64,000 nt of DNA from the NCBI GenBank assembly GCA_002363735.1, contig DEWP01000017.1:63393-127392 (forward strand), given 5' to 3'. The notes beneath the pieces were generated by a model, which saw only the letters and a program-made list of their open reading frames with translations, had not been told where the DNA came from and made no database searches. Shown here one piece after another: positions 59,360-64,000 of this stretch (the stretch's first letter is position 1; the number at the start of each line of letters is the position of its first letter). This DNA comes from Bacillales bacterium UBA3207 (lineage in GTDB: Bacteria; Bacillota_I; Bacilli_A; RFN20; CAG-826). Made by a program: the position numbers and the translations under genes.

Positions 59360-59397
59360 AGTATCTATTAAATAGTAATTGTTTAGACAATTAATCA

Positions 59398-60348
59398 TTA
59401 TTTGTCTATGTTTTGCTCGTGATTTTCGTCTTGGTTTAATTCCTTGTTAATGATTTCTTCGGTGCCATTCTCAGTCTTCTCTACAAGGTCATCATTTTTC
59501 TTTTGGTTCACGTTGTTATAAATTGTGACAATGATCGATGTCACAAGACCAACGACGACGATTCCATAAAGGCCGAGAATCACCGAGAGAATTCTTCCTA
59601 GTGTTGTTGTGATTGTTACATCACCAAAACCAATGGTTGTGATGACGGAAAAACAATACCACAGGGAATCCGCAAAACTAATCATTCCTGGTTCAACTAA
59701 AGTAAAATAGATTGAACATAGTGTGACTAAGACCAGTAGACCCATGATAATCTTCATGGCTAACGCCTGGCGGATCTTATTTAAGAACGCATCTAGTTTG
59801 AGTTGTTCCTTAACAGGAAGTAAAGCGTTCTTAAAACAAGTAAAGAAGACAATCACCGTGTAACTAAGAACAATAAAGTTCCAGTTTGATACACTGGTCG
59901 CGTGTTTCTCATAGATCGCTGGGAAAAGGAAGATAAACGAATATAAGAAACAGAAGATAATGATTAAGGAGTTTAAGATAATCGAGGAGGCACTACGGTC
60001 ATGATAAATCATAAAGGCGTGGTTCACCGCGATTAATAAACCATAGATAAAGAAGGAAACCGTGAGGAAGTAGATACTGATTGATGAAAGAGCGACAAAT
60101 GTTGCTAAAAAAAACATCGCTCCGGTGACACAGAAGTTATAAAAGAAGTTTCCTTCGTGTCGACCAATGTGTAAACAAATGCGATTTAATCCTAAAAGGA
60201 TTATCGCAGCAGTTAACACATATTTTGAGTGGACACTATCAGTGACCGATGAACCAATCGAAACGACGCAGCAAAACATTCCGATGGCACCAAAGACCAT
60301 CGCTAAAATGGTAATTATTCGTGATTGTTTAACACTAAGTTCCATCAT
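59398..60348 (-). CDS. Potassium channel family protein
   Basis: Selectivity-filter signature TTIGFGD in a pore loop between TM helices. There are 6 TM helices overall and a charged C-terminal tail. Confidence 0.7.
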   Translation of the reverse strand: MMELSVKQSRIITILAMVFGAIGMFCCVVSIGSSVTDSVHSKYVLTAAIILLGLNRICLHIGRHEGNFFYNFCVTGAMFFLATFVALSSISIYFLTVSFFIYGLLIAVNHAFMIYHDRSASSIILNSLIIIFCFLYSFIFLFPAIYEKHATSVSNWNFIVLSYTVIVFFTCFKNALLPVKEQLKLDAFLNKIRQALAMKIIMGLLVLVTLCSIYFTLVEPGMISFADSLWYCFSVITTIGFGDVTITTTLGRILSVILGLYGIVVVGLVTSIIVTIYNNVNQKKNDDLVEKTENGTEEIINKELNQDENHEQNIDK

Positions 60349-63314
60349 TATTTACTCACTCCAAAGGTAATTGTAACAAAGCAGTTCTTACGCCAATTCT
60401 GCCATGGATTAATGACTTGTGGATTTGGATCAACTGCTTCAAGCTCTTTGACTTTATCTTCACTGTATTCAACGGAGATTGTCACTGGTGCTTCGCAGAA
60501 AGCGAAGGCTTCGTGGCCAATGCGGGTAATTGTTTTTGGGAGATAGACTTCACCAAGATTACGGCAGTGACTAAAGGCATAGGCACCGATTTCAGTTGTG
60601 CCATTTAATGTGACTTGGACATTTTTGCAGCCCGAGAATAAGCCTTGTGGAATGACTTTTAGGTCATTCAGGTAACCGTTAGCGTTGGTGAAGTTCACAC
60701 AGTTTTCCATACAATAGTTACCAACTTTAGTGATTTCACAGTTGACTAGAGAAAAGTCGATAAGGTTCGCACAGTTAGCGAAGCAACCCGTTTCTAATTC
60801 AAGACTGGCTTTGTTTGCTCCATCGTAAACGATGGTGACATTCTTCACATAGTTAAAGTTATTAAAGAACGCACTTTCAAGAGTAATTTTGTCATAGTGC
60901 TCTTCTGGGAAGTGGACCGTAATGTTTTCTAAAGATGTACATCCATCAAAACATTGTTTGAGGCTTTCTAAAGCATTCACGTTAACAGAGATTGTTTCTA
61001 AGTTATAGCAATTCTTAAACGCGTTATTGTGGATAGTGAGATATTTACAACCCGTTAAGTCTAATGCGGTAATGTGTGTGCCTTCAAAGGCACTTTCACC
61101 AATCTCTTTGAGATTGGAGATATTATCAAAGTTTACATTCTTGACCGCGGAGTTCTTAAAGGCGTTGTTATCAATCTTATAGACTGATGAAGGAATGTTG
61201 ACGGTTTTCATCGAAGATGTTTGTTCAAACGCGGATTCACTCATCACAGTCATATTGTTCTTTTCAAATGTAACTGTTTCTAACGCCGAGTAGTCTTTAA
61301 AGATAGACTTTGGAAGTTGTCCATCGCCTTCGATGTGGACTTCTTTTAATGTTGTTTTAGAGTTTGGAAGATAATTTAGAGCTCTTGTTAAAGAAGCCGT
61401 CTTCGTCTTTAAGCGGACAATACTGCCGCAGCTTTTGAAGGCATCAACATCGATGTCGGCTTTTTCACTAGCAAAGAAGCTCACTTCTTCTAGTGTAGTT
61501 ATGCTACCAAAAGCATCTTGTTCCACTTTTTCCATCATTGGACCAATTTCAATGCTGGTTAATTCAGCGCATCCATAGAAGGCATATTCACCAATGCGGG
61601 TGATGTTTGGGTTCTCATTAAAGAATGTTCCTTGAAGTTTATAACAATTTTGAAAAGCCATATTAGAAATCTTTTTAATATTTGATCCACTAAAGGTTTC
61701 TAAGAATTGGCAATCCTTAAAGGAGGAGTTCCCAATTTCTTCAAGGGAGTTCGTGGCAACAATATGTTTCATGTCACAGCCTTCAAAGGCATGGTCATAG
61801 ATGTCATGCACTTTTGGAAGGGTAATTGTTTCTGGACAGATAGAGTCACTAAAACGGACACGAGGGACCGCATATAAAGTGTCTCTATTATGTGAGTTAT
61901 GACGGATGAGCATGTGGTCTATGACACTAAAACAAGAGTGGTCACTACGAACATCAATATCCATGAGATCTAAATCGAAGTTTAAGAGGTTTGTATTAAT
62001 ATTCGTAATCACAGTAGGAATGACAATTCCAGAGACTTTGGCTCTTAGCGGAGCATCAACATCCACAAATTTATTGAGGAAGTGTGGGTTACCAGTTGTT
62101 TCGTATTTCACCCAGTTGGCTCTAAAGAAGTAGTGACCATGGGAATGCTCAGGAATCGTACGATGAATCTTCCATGTATCATCAACAATTTCGTTACCTT
62201 CCGTATAGTAGCTCCACCCAGCAAAGACGTAACCGTCTTTCTCTGGGAATGGAATACTAATCTCTGGCGAATCATACGAATATGAACTTGGGAGTTTAGC
62301 AATTTCACTATTATCCAGATTGTCATAGTGGATTTCATATTTCTTCGCGTCATATGATGCGACTAAAGTCGCATTATCTTCACTGACATCAAAGGCTGTT
62401 TTATTAATTGGTTGGCCTTTATAAGTCCATTCTCTAAAGGAATAGTGCTCTTTGGTGGCAGTTGGTAAAGTGGCACTGACATCAGAGAGATAGATAAAGT
62501 CTCCTTCAGCCGCACTTGGGGTTCCACCATTACCATCAAATTGGACATGAATCGTCTTTGCCGCATAAACTGCGGTCACACTAACATCACTGTGGGACCC
62601 TCGTTCAATGACAAAGTCTAAGACTGGTTCATCTTCGCTGTTTTCTTTCCAACCAACAAAGTTGTATCCAACTTTCGAGGCTACTGGAAGATGAACATCT
62701 TGGGAATAATAAGTGTAGTGTAATGGAGCATCTTCCGGGATTGTTCCACCATCCAAAAGATATGAAATGGAATAATAGTGATGCGAATATGTCGCGGTTA
62801 GTTCAAAACTAACTTGGTCATTTTTCTGATCATATGCACCGTAAGTAAGCTTCCAACCAGTGAAGTCTTCGAATGATTTCGAAGCCACTTCCGTGACATA
62901 TTTGGTGTCGCTATGCTCTTCGATCACGCGACTTGGAATGTCTTGGCCACCTTGGCTATCGAATTCGACTTCGGCTTGACCATTCCAAAGGACAACTTCG
63001 TTGATCATATCTTCATAGTTAGTATCGCCTTCGTCGATTCGATAGAGTTGATAAGCATAGTCTTGTTTTTTATTACTATCTTTATAGTCTGAAATCGACT
63101 TAAAGGTTTCATACGCGGCTTGGTGCTCACGGTTAATGAGCTGGGTTAAGCCTTTTTGGTATATTTCTTCATTATTGTTGTTGTGGATATGAATGCCTAA
63201 AAAGGTCATTCCCACCGCTACAGCGGCGGCAATAACAGCGCAGGAGGTGCTGATAATGATAATTTTCTTTTTCTTATTCATTAGTGATCCCTCCCATAGT
63301 AAGCATCCTGACAA
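60348..63314 (-). CDS. Membrane-anchored surface protein with Flg_new (Listeria-Bacteroides) repeats and BspA-type leucine-rich repeats
   Basis: N-terminal TM helix. Several GY(N/V)FxGW repeats (KVGYNFVGWK, KDGYVFAGWSY). C-terminal half of ~23-residue LRRs of the AFxxCxxLxxIxIPxSVxxIGxxAF type. Confidence 0.75.
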   Translation of the reverse strand: MSGCLLWEGSLMNKKKKIIIISTSCAVIAAAVAVGMTFLGIHIHNNNNEEIYQKGLTQLINREHQAAYETFKSISDYKDSNKKQDYAYQLYRIDEGDTNYEDMINEVVLWNGQAEVEFDSQGGQDIPSRVIEEHSDTKYVTEVASKSFEDFTGWKLTYGAYDQKNDQVSFELTATYSHHYYSISYLLDGGTIPEDAPLHYTYYSQDVHLPVASKVGYNFVGWKENSEDEPVLDFVIERGSHSDVSVTAVYAAKTIHVQFDGNGGTPSAAEGDFIYLSDVSATLPTATKEHYSFREWTYKGQPINKTAFDVSEDNATLVASYDAKKYEIHYDNLDNSEIAKLPSSYSYDSPEISIPFPEKDGYVFAGWSYYTEGNEIVDDTWKIHRTIPEHSHGHYFFRANWVKYETTGNPHFLNKFVDVDAPLRAKVSGIVIPTVITNINTNLLNFDLDLMDIDVRSDHSCFSVIDHMLIRHNSHNRDTLYAVPRVRFSDSICPETITLPKVHDIYDHAFEGCDMKHIVATNSLEEIGNSSFKDCQFLETFSGSNIKKISNMAFQNCYKLQGTFFNENPNITRIGEYAFYGCAELTSIEIGPMMEKVEQDAFGSITTLEEVSFFASEKADIDVDAFKSCGSIVRLKTKTASLTRALNYLPNSKTTLKEVHIEGDGQLPKSIFKDYSALETVTFEKNNMTVMSESAFEQTSSMKTVNIPSSVYKIDNNAFKNSAVKNVNFDNISNLKEIGESAFEGTHITALDLTGCKYLTIHNNAFKNCYNLETISVNVNALESLKQCFDGCTSLENITVHFPEEHYDKITLESAFFNNFNYVKNVTIVYDGANKASLELETGCFANCANLIDFSLVNCEITKVGNYCMENCVNFTNANGYLNDLKVIPQGLFSGCKNVQVTLNGTTEIGAYAFSHCRNLGEVYLPKTITRIGHEAFAFCEAPVTISVEYSEDKVKELEAVDPNPQVINPWQNWRKNCFVTITFGVSK

Positions 63315-64000
63315 ATTCCTTTGTAAGTGTAATTACACTTTCTGGTAGAAAGGAAATCATCACTTGTTGGATGATAATCCAGTCTTGTACGGGTATTTTC
63401 TGGATCAATCAGGAAATAACAATTGACATGTTCGAGCTCTAATCCTCCGACTTGTTTAAGTGATTGTAGTTCAAGAACGACATCGACATCAGATTCGAAA
63501 ATCGCCCGGTAGTAACCAGTGTCACTACCAACAGGAATTTCATAGTTCACACTCAGGGTGTCTAAATCATGATGTGCATCAAGGTAGTTACCAATATGAG
63601 TGTCAAATAATTCGTAATTACCTGGCAAATCGCTAAACTGTGTGAGTGTATGTCCGTGCAGTATTTCCGAAATTGTTCGTTCGGAACGATCAACGACAGC
63701 AAGCTGCATTGGACGAAGCAAGAATGCTGAATCGTCATTAATAAATCGTGGGGTAACAGAGGTCATCGTGTCATCATAGTAACAATCTTTATTGAGAACC
63801 TCTTGAACCATGGTCCGAGCTAAAAGCTGATTGTATGAATTAATCACACCCTCGAAATTCGCGGTTAATGTTACGGTTTCGGTTTCAGTACCATCGAAAT
63901 GGTAGACCGTATCACCAACTTCTTCTAAATTCGCCACATATAACGGCATGTGATAGAAGCGTCCTATGTGGATATAACAGTATTCCAAATCGTGTTCTGT
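63281..64000 (-). CDS. Possible metallophosphoesterase-like protein (5' end beyond window)
   Basis: The frame is open to the window edge and the track 'M' is a TTG. It has a GHT(H)-like motif (ILHGHTLTQ). It overlaps the downstream LRR gene by 34 nt. Confidence 0.3.
   Translation of the reverse strand, partial: TEHDLEYCYIHIGRFYHMPLYVANLEEVGDTVYHFDGTETETVTLTANFEGVINSYNQLLARTMVQEVLNKDCYYDDTMTSVTPRFINDDSAFLLRPMQLAVVDRSERTISEILHGHTLTQFSDLPGNYELFDTHIGNYLDAHHDLDTLSVNYEIPVGSDTGYYRAIFESDVDVVLELQSLKQVGGLELEHVNCYFLIDPENTRTRLDYHPTSDDFLSTRKCNYTYKGICQDAYYGRDH

Noticed and set aside
1-64000. CRISPR arrays, IS elements, integrases, prophage or toxin-antitoxin modules
   Set aside because: No regular spacer-repeat arrays, transposase or integrase-like ORFs, or terminal inverted repeats were seen. 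The accessory region is built from membrane, surface and regulatory genes instead.

Overview
This is a 64-kb chromosomal window from an AT-rich bacterium that uses the standard genetic code. The gene content looks like a low-GC Firmicutes or Mollicutes-related organism, and about 80% of the genes lie on the minus strand. Roughly the first 45 kb is conserved housekeeping synteny, read along the minus strand. It runs recJ-secDF-ruvB/ruvA-nadE-obg, then the rplU-prp-rpmA operon with an apparent L21-type leader, radC, greA and ruvX. alaS follows, preceded by an Ala (GCC-specifier) T-box leader. Next come mnmA-dtd-pdp, plsC, a cytoplasmic GH13 pullulanase, ftsK, an RNase J paralog with a degenerate active site, a DUF1667 / FAD-oxidoreductase / GlpA-like triad, and the pnp-rpsO-ribF-truB-...-rbfA-infB-nusA-rimP cluster. 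Plus-strand inserts in this core include an HTH-TrpB fusion gene lying divergent to a COG2984-type (TrpXYZ-like) ABC transporter, and a TtcA-like PP-loop ATPase with an extra C-terminal domain. The last ~19 kb (45-64 kb) is an accessory membrane and surface region. It holds a 1201-aa anchored extracellular protein with a 305-aa partner under a membrane-tethered XRE regulator whose promoter carries iterated AAAATAGA repeats. It also holds a NERD-domain protein, an ECF sigma/anti-sigma pair, a low-molecular-weight protein tyrosine phosphatase, a divergent tRNA-Arg(UCU)-like gene, a K+ channel and a 988-aa BspA-type LRR/Flg_new surface protein. The most unexpected signal is a 21-bp quasi-palindromic motif, ATAACCAGCAA-N4-CGGTTA, present four times, always on the + strand and always in or next to + strand genes. 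No CRISPR array, transposase, integrase or recognisable defence operon is visible.
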